Made by a program: the position numbers and the translations under genes. Positions 48,869 through 62,295 of a stretch of DNA of 64,000 nucleotides are shown here, in pieces (position 1 is the stretch's first letter; every line of letters begins with the position of its first letter). Location of the stretch: positions 77,609 through 141,608 of the forward strand of contig NMRA01000639.1 of NCBI GenBank assembly GCA_002633005.1. The letters are read 5' to 3'. Under the pieces are notes generated by a model. It saw nothing but the letters and a program-made list of their open reading frames with translations. It was not told the origin of the DNA and did no database searches. The stretch is from Phoronis australis (taxonomy: Eukaryota > Animalia > Phoronida).

Positions 48869-51800
48869 CAGGTTGAATTCTGTTTCAGTGGCAGAGAACC
48901 ACTCTCAATACTGCAGATTTAGTCTGTAGGTTCTATGGCTCCTTAAAGAGGGCGAACAACAGCTTTACGTGCCCTCAGGAGTGAGGCTGGAGGGCACTTC
49001 GCATCCGCATTCGGCCAGACAGTCTGTCCTTCTCAGTCCCCAGGCATTTCAATTTTCTCGTAATCACCCTGTATCGACCTCACTGTTTCTACAGGCACTT
49101 GATACATATTGAGTCCTTCCCTGTACTTCAGTAATTCCTAATCCGCCGTCCTTATTTTTCCCGCCCGACCCTCCCTTTTGTAGTCTTTTATCATTCGCTC
49201 ATGGTCTTTCTGTGGTTTCAATTGCCTCTATACTCACTTGTAAAACAAGTGAATATACGCTCGGAATTATAATGATTTTCCTTATTTTTATTGGAGAAAT
49301 ACATTTGAGAGGTCGATACACTGGTACAGATTCGGAAATTGTGTTTTGATGTGGGAGAGCGTGCGCATGGGTGACGGGGCCTTTATCTCCGTGTTGTTGC
49401 TAGAGTAATTCAGACGGTGTGATTCCCGGGACGTGTCAGTTAACAGTCGTCTCTGAACTAACGCTTATCGATGAGTGCACTTTCCGCGAATTTGATTGAC
49501 CAGCCTAAGTACATGAGCACGCGCAAAGATCTCAGTATAGGTGGGAACTAGGATGATAATACGTCAAGTGACAACTAAATAACAGATACCAGTTGTTGAT
49601 AATTCAAGGACTGTTCTCTATTAGACAGTTGTTTTGCGCAAGCCCACTTGAGAATTAAAGGCAAACACGGGTATTGCTCTGCATTGTTGTTTGTCCATGC
49701 AGGCCCTACGACAGAAACCCGAAAAGCTAACGATTGGACACTTATTGTGCTTTTCGATCTTCCTTCAGAACTTCATTCAAGTTTTCAGTGGCACGTGGTT
49801 TAATTCACAGGAGAGTTCTTCGCGCACCAAGACAAGCTATAACTAATATCTAGGTTTCTCCAGGTCAATGTTATCTTTCGTAATGTCTTCAAAATTACCC
49901 CAGTGACGGCATATTCAGGTTATCTAAAAACTTACATGCCACGGAGCGCTCTCCGTCCTGAAATTGAAAATGAAAGCAAGTCCTGTGCCCGACCACGACT
50001 GAGTTCAGTGCTCGTGCACTAGAATCGTGGTTACATTGCTAACAACATCCATTACTTACTCACTAAGCACAAAGGAAAACCTAGACATTATTTGCATATA
50101 ACCAGTTCTCTCCACAAATGAAGAAATTAGTTAACCTAGTAGTTAACGGAACGCCACATTTAGAGAAAGAAGTACTAAGGAGCGAACGGAAGGTAACAAG
50201 ATGACCACCATCAACCAGCATCTGTTCGAGTAGGCCTATATGCGTTATTCAGTGGACGTTTCATTCTGACAACAAAAGCAAAAATCCTTCCCAATGCCAA
50301 GTCAATTATACCAAATCCAATTTTGTCAAGTATAAGCAATTCACATGCACCGGCGGAATACAACTGATAACTCGCGCTTTCAGTCAAAAACCAACTTTTG
50401 ACTTTGGCCACTTACTGTTGCAAAATCCTTGTCGCCTAATTGTTTCTTACACAATTTAGAATTGAGAAGAATTCGCAGGTCCAGACGAAGGCTACGTACG
50501 ATCCATAGACCTATAACACAAGGCCGCGAGATAAGCTAATAAGATGAATTGGTTAAGTTGTACACTTTAAAGCTATGTGTTCTACTTAAGAACACAAAAT
50601 AGAACACAAAAATGTTACTCTTTGTGAACACAGTCAGAGTGTTCTAAAAGCGCAGCACACCACGTGTTCCAATTTTTTGCAACTGTTACTGTTCAAGTTG
50701 GAACGCATTGCAGAACGCAAAATAGTGTTCAAAACAGAACACATATTTAACACAGTGTTCAAAATATAACACGTGCGCCACACAGTGTTCACAGCAGAAC
50801 GCGTGTGACACGTGCGACGCATGCTACACTTAAAGAACACTATTTTGGTATTCAACCAGATTTTCTGAACATTAGGTGTTCTAATGGTGGTGAATTTTGC
50901 CCATGCTCATAAGCAATTACTTTTTCACAACAAACCAGTTAAACACGCATGTCAGAGTCATTAGGGTGCCAGGCAACTACAGTGTGAACTAAACATAAAA
51001 GAAGTCTGTCTATTAAGAGCAAGCTCTTTATTTTTGTTCATCCTAGTAGGCATGAACTAATTAAAGATGGATCTCAAATTCCCACTTATTCAACACTTAT
51101 TGATTAACCTATCAATTGCTGAGAAGTGTGCATCATTATCACCTCATGACACATGAAGACACACCCAAGAGATACTTCTGTTTTAACAACCAGTAAGTTC
51201 TTTCATCAGATCGCGGCACACAACTTTAAAACCCTTACTTGATTTCTCTTTATAGGGCTCCTCCATTATAAACTTCTGGAAGAGTCCCAGAATGCTGGAA
51301 AACACTCTAGGGTATGCCAAGTCAAATATGTAGCAGCCTATAGGCAAAAAAAAAAACAGCAGCAAGAAGACCACCCTTGTCAACCTTTGTGTGCACTCTG
51401 TCGCACACAATGAATAAGTCTGTGACGTCATCTGCTTGCACAAACAAATTATCTTTGGAGCATCGTTTGCCATTGTTGTTAGCTGTTTGCTGATCTCATC
51501 ATCAGGGATGTCCTGAAACAATATAGTGTATTTTTTCTTTGATTTTTGCTCAAGCTTTTGCTTATAGGTGCAGGTGCTTTAATTTGGGTATGGGCATGCA
51601 TGCCTTATCCCAGGAATATAGTCACATACCTTGCCCTCGACAATAGCTCACAACAGTTTCTAGAAAATTAAGCGACCAGTATTGGGCAAATGACCACTCA
51701 ATATTCAATGCTTTATTAAGTCATTCTTCATCATTGGGAAACATGTACAAAAAGATTTTTCAAAACATAATGTTTGTTCACAAGTTCACACATTCAAATA

Positions 51801-53197
51801 AAGGCCCACTTCATATTTAGGAGGAAGCAACATATACAGTAGGAGTAAACAATGACATCTATGAGCACAGCCAACCACAATACATTCGTGATTCGGGGAT
51901 AATTCAGAAGTAAAAGATTCTTTGAAGCTCTTAGCAATCACTTACTGTCTGCACAACCACTATGGATTTCGATGATGGGTGTTTCCCACCTTGGTGAATT
52001 TCTCCAGGTACTGAATTGATGTCAGCATCCGAAGTGGGTCATCCTGAAAGTCAATGACATCTTTGATCACCAATGAAAAATATAATACTTTTTGAGATCA
52101 ACCTAAGTTTGAATTGACTTGTCTTGTTAGTGTGAACACCTTTCCGCAATAAAACACACAAATAGCAGATAAACAAACAACATCTTAAAAATCAATTTAA
52201 ATGCCACATAATATTGTCTCAAAGAAGGCAGTAAACGAAGTGTATTATGACACATTAAGAAATTCGTTTGAACAAAACTGCAACATAACAAAAAAACGTT
52301 AAATTCCGATGACTCACACTACCAAACGTCATCATGTGTCTTTATCCTTTTAGCAGGAAAAATCAAAGTTTTTGCTGGCACGACTCCAAATCTGAGTTCG
52401 CAAATGTTGAACTCGGTAACCTATCGTTTAAACCCCTTGGTATCCGGCTTACTACGTTAAATCAGTGTACGACAAAAATGTGTTTGGTACCACATACTAG
52501 GTCATCAGTGGTCAAGGAATCAAGGAAAAGTATAGAAATAGAAAATTAACGCCTTATAAAAGCGAGGTGTTTTCTAGACAAAACTTCACGAAAAGACGAC
52601 TTTTTCATAAAACCTCTCCACAAACAGGTCCCTTTTTTCATAGCCATTCTCCAAAAACGGGTGGTATTTAAATTTTCTCTGAGCTGCATTCTGGAACTCG
52701 TAGTCACTCCAGTGAACGGAGGGACGCCTTTCACGATCATCGCAGCACTCGCCCTGGAACAAAGATTTATAATGTCACCGCCACCCAAGCGATCGGTAAT
52801 TCCTGTCGTCACCGATCGAATTCAAGACCAATTAGAAACAATATAAAAGACTGCACTGCAGAATAAACCGACCAAGTTGCCATTACCTTTGGGATTGTTT
52901 TTTTTAATTGCGTATTTGTTTTTCATTTCTGCTTCCTGCATTTATGTCTACAAATAGTCATAAGTGCTTGAGCAAACTTTACCTACATCGAAAGGTTTAT
53001 CGTTCGTTCTCAGGCTTTGGTATTCGATGTTAATTCTTTCCGGCTTTTGAATATTGGCTAATTCCTTCTTAGCCTAGGTAACGGATTAGCACGAGCAGCA
53101 CTCTCTCTCTCTCTCAAACAGCGGAGAAATAAAATATTTTTAAAAATATTATTTTGCTATAAGCATTACGTGAAAGTGATGAAAATATATTTCATTA

Positions 53198-53486
53198 CAA
53201 TGGAGGATCTAGGATACCATAAGGGAGGGGCAAGATGTTGCCTCGGAGACTTGGGCAAAGCCCGATTGTATGCACAGGCGGCCCAAAAGTTGCGGGGGCT
53301 GGCGATTTGGACCTGGTGTTGCCAAATTATATCGGAAGACTAAAAAATACAATTCAGCTGTGCCCTGCCCCCCTCCCCCGCTGCCATTCCAAATTGGTGC
53401 TCTCGTTTGTTTACGCAATTGCTGCTGTTTATTTTTCCTTACACCAGCCAAGGGGCGGGGACGGCCCCCCTATAAATCCGCCTATG
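53198..53486 (+). mobile_element. MITE; a related copy in inverted orientation lies at 55577-55914
   Basis: Ends caatggaggatctaggatacc ... aaatccgcctatg; shared internal gcacaggcggccc..aagttgc block. Confidence 0.7.
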
Positions 53487-53699
53487 TATTCACGAAATTC
53501 CTGCAACTAGAAATTTGGGTTCAAAACAAAAATAAGAATTCTCAAAAGTGGCACTCGATTACACGTGTTTTTATATTTTGAGGATCATGGGATTTTCACG
53601 ATCGACAAGGATTCAAAACACGTATTATGGGTCGATGACGAAACGCTTGCGAGTGAATTAGCTTCACGGTGCATTATCCTCAACTGTCCTCGCGCGTGC

Positions 53700-53900
53700 A
53701 GTGTAAAATTGCGTGTTGCCGATTTGGGCAACTGAACGAAGGGACTTCTCGGCGAAAAAAATCGATTACCGGAGAATTTGTTCGAGTTGGAAGGAATTGA
53801 AGAATCGACGGCCTCTTACGATGTCCCTCTTTGCGCAAAAGGTACTTATTAGAAACGTGAAACACGATTCGCCGAAAAGCTTCCGACGTATGAAGGGTCT
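53700..53900 (+). repeat. Dispersed repeat family; other copies at ~61262-61390 (+), ~62800-63015 (-) and ~63240-63375 (-)
   Basis: Shared strings gttgccgatttgggcaactgaacgaag, ttgtt.gagttggaaggaatt, aaaaggtacttat, attcgccgaaaagcttccg. Confidence 0.75.
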
Positions 53901-55576
53901 ATGGGAGTATCACCGTCTCTGCTGCTGAGTGGAGGCAGCAGCACTCATCATGAAAACAAGTTGAATGCAAGAACGTGTTATTAAGAATGAGCCGGGGGAT
54001 ATCGTGCCGTACTTGGCGATTATTTTGCGACAGGGTAGTGTCACTGGAAAATAAGAACACTACATGCACATTGTCAGTAGACGGTAGAACTAAATAAACG
54101 TGGCCTTTTTGCCTGCTCGACTAAAAGGGGACCTATTTGTGAGAAGCTTTCATGGTTAGTCAAAAGTTACTCTTACGTAAGGCTTTGTTCCAATAACAAT
54201 CCTTTTATAGCAGATTTAAACCGTTCAAAAGATAATGCATGTTCAGTTTTCAGGCGGTTCCTGGCAAAGAGTGTGTGACGGGACGTTCGTAACTTTACGC
54301 TTGTTATTCTTATTTAGTTGCAAATGTTCAGTTATTCTTATGCTAATGTCTTTGTTGCGTCTCAGTGCGCCTTTGTTACGTGGGCATGTGGGCGCGACTG
54401 TATGTGTCGGCACTTCGCTAGCGACGGGCTTAGGAGAAGGGTGTTTCCTTCCTTTGCCTTCATGAAAATTGATCGTTATCATGTGCAATTGAACTGAAAC
54501 GTATGCCTGATGAGAGGAAATACACATTTTTGATGTTCAGTGGAGACTTGCTCTGTTACAAGTAGAAAAGAAGTAGAGTAACTTTTTGCCAAACAGTAGT
54601 AAGTGTGGCTGAGGCAAAAAGTGGGGGACTGTTGCAGACGACCTGAGTATTTACCCACGCACCTGAGAGCGCACCAAAATAGTGACACACCAAAAAGCTA
54701 TCTCGAGTTTTTTGATGATCCTGGTTCAATAATTACAACTATCATTCTAGTGTAACTAAGCCTAAGCTACCGACGGGTGACCCCTTGACGTCATATCATG
54801 AGTTGACGTGAGAACCTGACCCCAACCAATCTCATGGGATTTTGGGACAGCGCACTGCGTCAATAAATTGACGCACCACCATTCTTCATCTCGGGTCAAC
54901 GTAAAAATTGAGTCGCAACCACGCCATATTTTTGCCAGATTCTAACACAAGAACACAGAGCAGACGCGCGCCTATCAAATTACTGTCATTGACAAAAACA
55001 ACGTTAGCGCCAGGATCAAATATATTGTTAACCAAAACAAACAAATGCCAAGTGTCTGTGAATACTTTTTTAAAGCTAAAACAATGTTTTGGGTGACCCA
55101 CTCAGTTCAGAAACACCCACCCTGGATAATACGACGTGACAGGCTGAAGAGGAAGCCGAGAACCTGCGAAAATTGCTGGGCAACAAATGGGAATTTGCCT
55201 GTGTTTTACATTGCTAACAGAGGTTTTATACAAAATGTTGTAGCCAAGTATAAATGAAATTTGGTAAAGAGCTATAACACCAATGTTTTCTACAGACGTT
55301 CTACGTGTCCTCGTCTTCATCAATAACCATATACAGTCTGATCTTCCATTTCAACACTGATGAATTTCTTCCAGTCATTGTCTCCAAAGTGAACAAAACG
55401 TCTATTGATGATCAGATCTCAATCCTAACCCTCAATATACTTTACATAACTCCTTAATCAGGTAAAATAATGTTCCCATCCGTTGAGGAAAACGATCAAA
55501 TTTCTGCACCCTGTTTTTTTCTAAAATCTCTGCCATTCCACCGGACTTCTATAAACGCAAAACGTGGTAACCTTTC

Positions 55577-55914
55577 CATAGGCGGATTTAGGGGGGGCGA
55601 GGGTAGGGGGCCCGCCCTTCCCCCCCGTTGGCTGTCGTTAGCAAAATGAAACAGCAACAGCGTGACGCGTGTGGAAATATTGAGTTCAGCAACTAGGACC
55701 GGCAGTGGAGAAGGGGGGGGGCTCATTCCCCAGATCGCAACGGGATCGCGTTCCCGTTTTTTTTTTTAATCGATAGATTTTCCGAACAGAAGGTTCGCAC
55801 TCTCGTCACCTGCAACTTACGGGCCGCCTGTGCAAAACATACAATCGCGCTTTGCCCAATTCCCCGAGGCACTGTTGGGCCCCCCCCCCTTATGGTATCC
55901 TAGATCCGCCACTG
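55577..55914 (-). mobile_element. MITE, same family as 53198-53486
   Basis: cataggcggatttaggg ... ggtatcctagatccgccactg. Confidence 0.7.
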
Positions 55915-56814
55915 CTTTAGTAAGTTTTACTTCCAGTATTAGATTCAAATTTTATCTGTGTTCTACAAACAGATTTAATTTATTTTTTCAATTGCACGAG
56001 ATGTTCTGACACCTAAACCCTATCAAAAGTAGAAGGTAGTTGAAATCCCAAGTGTACTGCTAAGTAAAACAGTTTCGCAGCCGCAAATTTGAAATGATAC
56101 CACTGGCATCTGGCTATCTATAAATCACTAACTTTTTGCACCAGGAAAAATGAACTAATCCCCACTAGGCTTCATGAAAATCAGTTTCTAAATGGTTGAC
56201 ATACACGTCAAAAAGCAATTTAGGCAGATACATATATGTGTGCATGTGTCTTGTAAATAATATTTCAATGATACCTCTTGAAAAACTATCAAACCTCATA
56301 GTTACATAACATCCTATAACAGCATTTTAAATATGATTTTTCAAATTACGATATAACTTCTTCAGTTTGGGACAATGAAAAATTAATTATTTTGCTCAAG
56401 GTCTGAGGTTGTACCAAATTTTAGAAATAACAAATATTGACCCTCCAAAACTGAAGAATTTCGATCAACGACAAAACATCATTCATTATGCATGAAAATG
56501 TTGTTTTCGAGGAATTTATGATCTGCTAAGACTTCAGCTTTTGTTGAAACAAAACACAGAGTCCAATATTTGAAAAATGTGAACGGATGAATGCCAAAAT
56601 TACTCATCCCCCAATTTTCAGAATCAAGGAAATTCTATTTCAGATACTGAATTATGGAGTTCAAAATTTTAATCTTCCCAAACTGTAGAACATTTGCCGT
56701 AGTAACAGTGTCTTCGACAAGCTATAACAAAAAAGATGTAGCGAAATTAACACACTTTTATTGACAAAATTAACAGTATATTCAGCTTTGGTCACCCTTC
56801 AATGGTTTCTACTC

Positions 56815-59800
56815 TCAAGCAGTCATACTGTCCTGTTCTTCAATGTAAGCCTCGGTCTCAACTATGCCCAGGTAGAGCGAGATAGCAATAAGCCAGAACA
56901 ACATGTGAACAATTGCAAATGCGGTGTGCAATAGCGCAGTCAGTCGACTCATGTTGACGAGCTTACGAGTTGTCTGTAAACACAAAATATAGTTCGAGGT
57001 GCCCCATATCAAGTTTCCAGCACCTAGCACCAGCAGAACTGCAATGGAAATCAATTCAACATTTCAAAATATGAAGTTAATTGAATAAATGTGTATACAA
57101 AATGCAAAAAAGGAAATTCCTTCTCACACGCCTATGTACTCAAAAACACAGTGTGTTTGTCAGAGAAAATATGAGAAATTTCCAAAGTTTATTATATTCC
57201 TACATATTACCATTTTTCCTTCTAAACTCATATCTCAACACTTCGATAAAATCAAAAATAGTCACAGTTATATCTTTCTTTGATTTTTGGTTAATACATG
57301 ATTTTTTGGATATTATCAACATCGTGATGAGCAAAAACCAACTGGAGACTTTCAAATAGTAAATGACAACAGGTCACTTAGGTCCAGATACCAGTGGCCT
57401 CTAGAGGATGAGGACCAATACCGGAGGCCTCTAGAGGATGGGGACCAGATCCCAGTGGCCTCTAGAGGATGAGGACCAGATATCCAGAGTGGCCTCTAGA
57501 GGATGAGGACCGGATACCAGTGGCCTCTAGAGGATGAGGTCCGGATATCAGTGGCCTCCAGAGGATGAGGACCAGATACCGGTGGCCTCTAGAGGATGAG
57601 GACAAGATGCCAGTGGCCTCTAGAGGATGAGGACCAGATACCAGTGGCCTCTAGAGGATGAGGACCAGATACCAGTGGCCTCTAGAAGATGAGGTCCAGA
57701 TACCATTGGCCTCTAGAGGATGAGGACCAGATACCAGTGGCCTCTAGAGGATAAAGACCAGATACCAGTGGCCTCTAGAGGATGAGGACCAGATACCAGT
57801 GGCCTCTAGAGGATGAGGACCAGATACCAGTGGCCTCTAGAGGATGAGGACCAGATANNNNNNNNNNNNNNNNNNNNNNNNNNNNNNNNNNNNNNNNNNN
57901 NNNNNNNNNNNNNNNNNNNNNNNNNNNNNNNNNNNNNNNNNNNNNNNNNNNNNNNNNNNNNNNNNNNNNNNNNNNNNNNNNNNNNNNNNNNNNNNNNNNN
58001 NNNNNNNNNNNNNNNNNNNNNNNNNNNNNNNNNNNNNNNNNNNNNNNNNNNNNNNNNNNNNNNNNNNNNNNNNNNNNNNNNNNNNNNNNNNNNNNNNNNN
58101 NNNNNNNNNNNNNNNNNNNNNNNNNNNNNNNNNNNNNNNNNNNNNNNNNNNNNNNNNNNNNNNNNNNNNNNNNNNNNNNNNNNNNNNNNNNNNNNNNNNN
58201 NAGGATGGGGACCAGATAACAGTGGCCTTTAGAGGATGAGGACCAGATACCAGTGGCCTCAAGATGATGAGGACCAGATACCAGTGGCCTCTAGAGGATG
58301 AGGACCAGATACCAGCTGGCCCTTAGAGGATGAGGACCAGATACCAGTGGCCTCTAGAGGATGAGGACCAGATACCAGTAGCCTCTAGAGAAAGAGAACC
58401 AGATACCAGTGGGCTCTAAAGGACGAGGAGGTTCATTTTGTTAAAAAAACATCAAGTCTAATCACATACATTTTGACAGGGTCTTTTCACCAAGTCAAAC
58501 TGTTCCCCTATGCCACCCGGTTTGAAAACAAAGTAAATTCTAGTACAACTAAGTGGCGACATGAGTCACTGGTCCCGTGTGATCAGCCCCCATTGCTTCC
58601 TGAAAGTCTCTAAATGGAAAGGAACAACACGTTGAATGACCCCCAAAATATTATTCAGAAGCATTTTTATAAATAGTAAACATTTTACCAACCTTCTGCT
58701 GCTCGTGTGAAGTAATGAAGTGTTTCCAGGTGATGTGTTTGTACCAAGGTTCCTATGGCAACTACTGTACACAGGTAACTATTACGACACCATGAAAGGT
58801 AGCCTAGAAAGTACAGCATACTGTAACAACACAATTGTCTGCATTCAGGCACAGACATTTTAAATCTCAATAAACTTTCAAGACTTATACAGTAAAAATG
58901 AAAAACAGGAGAATACTTTTACTCAAAGGGTTCAATATGCTGCTGCATTGTTTTGAAATTTGTATAGTTGTTGAACCTTCTTAGCACTGATGATCATACT
59001 CAAATTTCTTGACTGCACTGTTCATCAGTTCAAGCTTCAGGTTACTACCTAAACAACAGATCACAGACCTGTAAACTCAACTCACTGACTCACAAACACG
59101 ACCCTGTACTCACAAAACACGGCTCACATACCCAAAAACATGACTCTCGCAACAAAAGTCATGTGCATGACTTGGTGAAGAATCCGTAAGTCATATTTAC
59201 AGACGAGGAAGCCATGTTTGCAGTTCAGAAGTTGTGGCTTTTTGGTGCGTAAGATAAGTTTTATGAGTACAGGGAAGTGTTTGTGAGTCAGAAAATTGAG
59301 TGTACAGATTTGTAATCCCTGTTCATGCGAGTGTGAGCTGTGTTGTTCTGGTAGTCCTTACCTATTCTGAGAATTCCACAAAAATTTGCTGCACGGAACT
59401 TTCACATTAAAAAGTACACAGCAAAGAAACAAAGACAAAACACAGCCTCCATTTTTTTACCTGATAGAAGTAATTGAAACAAATATGAATTTGACCAGTC
59501 ATATGCAATTCGCTAATGGGATCTCAGATTTTGTTTGGAGACCTGGTACAAAACCCAGGTCACCACGAAGTTGCCACACCACATCTAAAATACTACAGGA
59601 AGTAAACAGACAGAAGTCGGAATCATTCGCCAAGGAAAGGGCCAGATTACTTCGTCTGCCTCTAGAGTTGAGCCTTTGCNNNGGGGGGGGGGGGGGGGGG
59701 TGTTAGGGGCACTCCAATAAATCCTGTTCAAGCAAAGAAACTGCTGTCAGGGTGATCTCGGGTGGCACTGCAAAACATGTGCCAAATTTGACGACTTCAC

Positions 59801-62295
59801 TTCAGGAATCTTTTTTATTTCATTTTCGGCTCATATCAACAAATGCGATAGCGTCACTCCCTGGGAGGAGTCCTCGTTTGGCGATATGAGAATTATGCCA
59901 GGTCAAATTTAGCAAGTCGACATGCTAAGCATCAAGCCCTGTTATGTCTAAAATTCATGTACTGCACCTAGCACATAAACATTTCATATCACACCATTTT
60001 AATTATCATTTAATGTCTTTTTTAAAAGACAAATATTAATATCATTAAAATATCATTAAAATATAATTAGAACAGTTCCAACTAATTACTAAACACTTTG
60101 TCTCCGGATGCTAATACTAACAAGATATAAATACTCCCTCTTTATCTAGAAAATAGTCGACTGTCTACATCAAAAGTGCTGGAATCATTGTCTTCTTTGC
60201 AGAATCTTCTTTTTATTTTATAGAATCCATTTATGTTATAAGCCTTTGACAAATTACTGATGGCCAATGACGTCCCATTCGACAAGCCCCCAACTTACCA
60301 TTCTCATTGGCAAGTCTCACTGTCTGCAATATAAGAATACAAGCAGTTAGTTGATACATAACAGGTTTCACGTAACAGACATGTACTCCGTAAATACAAA
60401 CTTTTGATTTAGACCACTAGTTGCTATAAAATTGGTGTCAACTTGTTTCCTACTCAGATCAAAAGTGATTTCTGGGCTTGCAAAGAAGTTTGTTACTCAT
60501 TGAGACCACACTCAGCATAATGAATGACACGCCCAGATGATGCCAACCAATAGAGCCTGGTCTCAAGCAGCAACGAATGTCTCTTCTTTCCAAACCTAAT
60601 GAAGACACAACGAATTTGACTACAAAACAATTTGAGACCAACTTCATAACATTAATTGGCTGAAATCAAAAATTGTTATTTACCAAACCGGGTAAATTTA
60701 GTCACAGGGTCTGAAAGACTTGAGCTTAGGAAGCAGATACTCATGCAATGTTTCACAATCATTGTGTTTAATGCCTCAATAGTGCAAAGCACGCTCCAAA
60801 AATGAGCCTAGGTGACAGCACACCCTAATGTAGCCTGCACATCAGAAAATTTTCTGAAAGTTATGCGTAACCCTGGCTTAACTACCAAAGTTAAATTACT
60901 ATACCGTATGCATCTTTCAAGAGCAGATGGACACATTTAGCAGCAGTTGCAGGCTTTGAATTCTTTAAACTCAAACATATTCTCCCGCAATCAACATTTC
61001 TTTCCAATTAGTCCTTCAATCATTTTCTGAAATCAGGAACTGATCCATTTTCTGTTTTGATTGCATATAAAATTTTAAGTCACATCGAGGTTGACCTCTC
61101 TTATGTTGGGAGTAAGTCAATCATTAATGCAATGCCCTGGTGATCCACCAGAGCTGATTGGTGCTTGAAATTTGGCTGCTAGGGTCGCACCACTCATACC
61201 TAGACAAAATGGCATCATTGACAAATGAAGAGACGTATGAAACAGAACTCTTAATTACCAAAGTATTTGTTTGAGTTGGAAGGAATTAAATACATCAACC
61301 GCCTTCTAAGATGTCCATCTATGTTTATAGCAATGAGATTTTGATGGTTTAGGCAGTGTGAAGCATAATTTTCTGGAAAGCTTACGACGCTGGCTCAGTT
61401 TAGATGTTGGAACTGTTTAAAATGTACCCTGCACTACATACTCCTCAAAATTGCAATAGATGATGCTCAAACCTTCTAGTTATAACTTACTTTTGACAGC
61501 CAGATATCATTTACCATAACTAAACCATAAAATGCCAAGCTTATGACTTTGGACATGTTTTTAAATGTGAATGATATCATCAACTGCATACAATTTGCCG
61601 TGAAGCCAACGCACTTGGAAAGAATGTAGACTACTGCATTCAAGAGTGTTCAAGGCTAGACTGTACCACTGTCTCTACTAGCGCTACTTGAAAGGGCGGT
61701 ACTGTCCAGTTCAACACAAACTTGTCAAGAGGATAAGCTTGTATTTAGAAACATGTATTTAACCATACAAATTAAAATTTTCCATTACGCAATTTAGTGG
61801 TTCTGGTTCTACTAAACATACCCATCCAGAATATCTTTGCTGAAGATCCTCATTCTTCCTATAACCATCTTCCTCTCGTTTTGCACCCAAAGACGAAAAT
61901 GTAGAAAAAAGCTTCTGGTCTTGACTTAAGAATTTGGACAACCTACTGTACATCATCGAATGTTTAAGACTGAATGGATGCAGTACATCAGTCTTAAAAC
62001 TTCCCCTCCCCAGCAATGCTGACCTTCCAGTTACAAAACGAAAGCTTTCATGCTCAGTTTGACTGGCTCGCTTGTGCACTTTTAGTTCTTTGAGCAGTTT
62101 GGTTTGGATTTTAGGGCATGTTTCATTTTCAAACAAGTTCCACAGCTCATTTGAGCAAGCTGTTGAAGGTCCATGCGAAGACAAGAACGCATTTGGAGAT
62201 ACAAGTAACCTCACTTTCCCGCCACTGTAAAAAGGAGTGACGTTATTCCAGAAAATGTGACAGATTGTACCAACTTTTCTCCCCACGGCGGCCAT
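56815..62295 (-). CDS. Tentative gene for a mitochondrial-type single-pass membrane protein (exons 62295-61822 and 56973-56815; internal exons possible)
   Basis: ATG GCC GCC start of a 158-codon S/R/K/L-rich exon ending tgg|GTATGT; phase-0 terminal exon after ttacag| encoding TTRKLVNMSRLTALLHTAFAIVHMLFWLIAISLYLGIV...*; AATAAA ~55 nt after the stop. No family recognised. Confidence 0.45.
57383..58428. repeat. 31-bp minisatellite (CCAGATACCAGTGGCCTCTAGAGGATGAGGA)n interrupted by an assembly gap (N 57858-58201)
   Basis: Tandem units visible on both sides of the gap; each contains the palindrome CCTCTAGAGG. Confidence 0.97.
59059..59316. repeat. Imperfect inverted repeat or MITE
   Basis: ctgactcacaaacac..ccctgtactca.aaaac pairs with gtttt.tgagtacaggg..gtgtttgtgagtcag. 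Confidence 0.7.

Noticed and set aside
57383-58428. CRISPR-like array of 31-bp repeats containing a palindrome
   Set aside because: Units are head-to-tail with no unique spacers, there are no cas genes, and the context is eukaryotic. The ORFs here run through Ns.
59680-59700. Poly-G run suggesting a G-quadruplex
   Set aside because: Directly follows NNN, so its length and sequence are unreliable.
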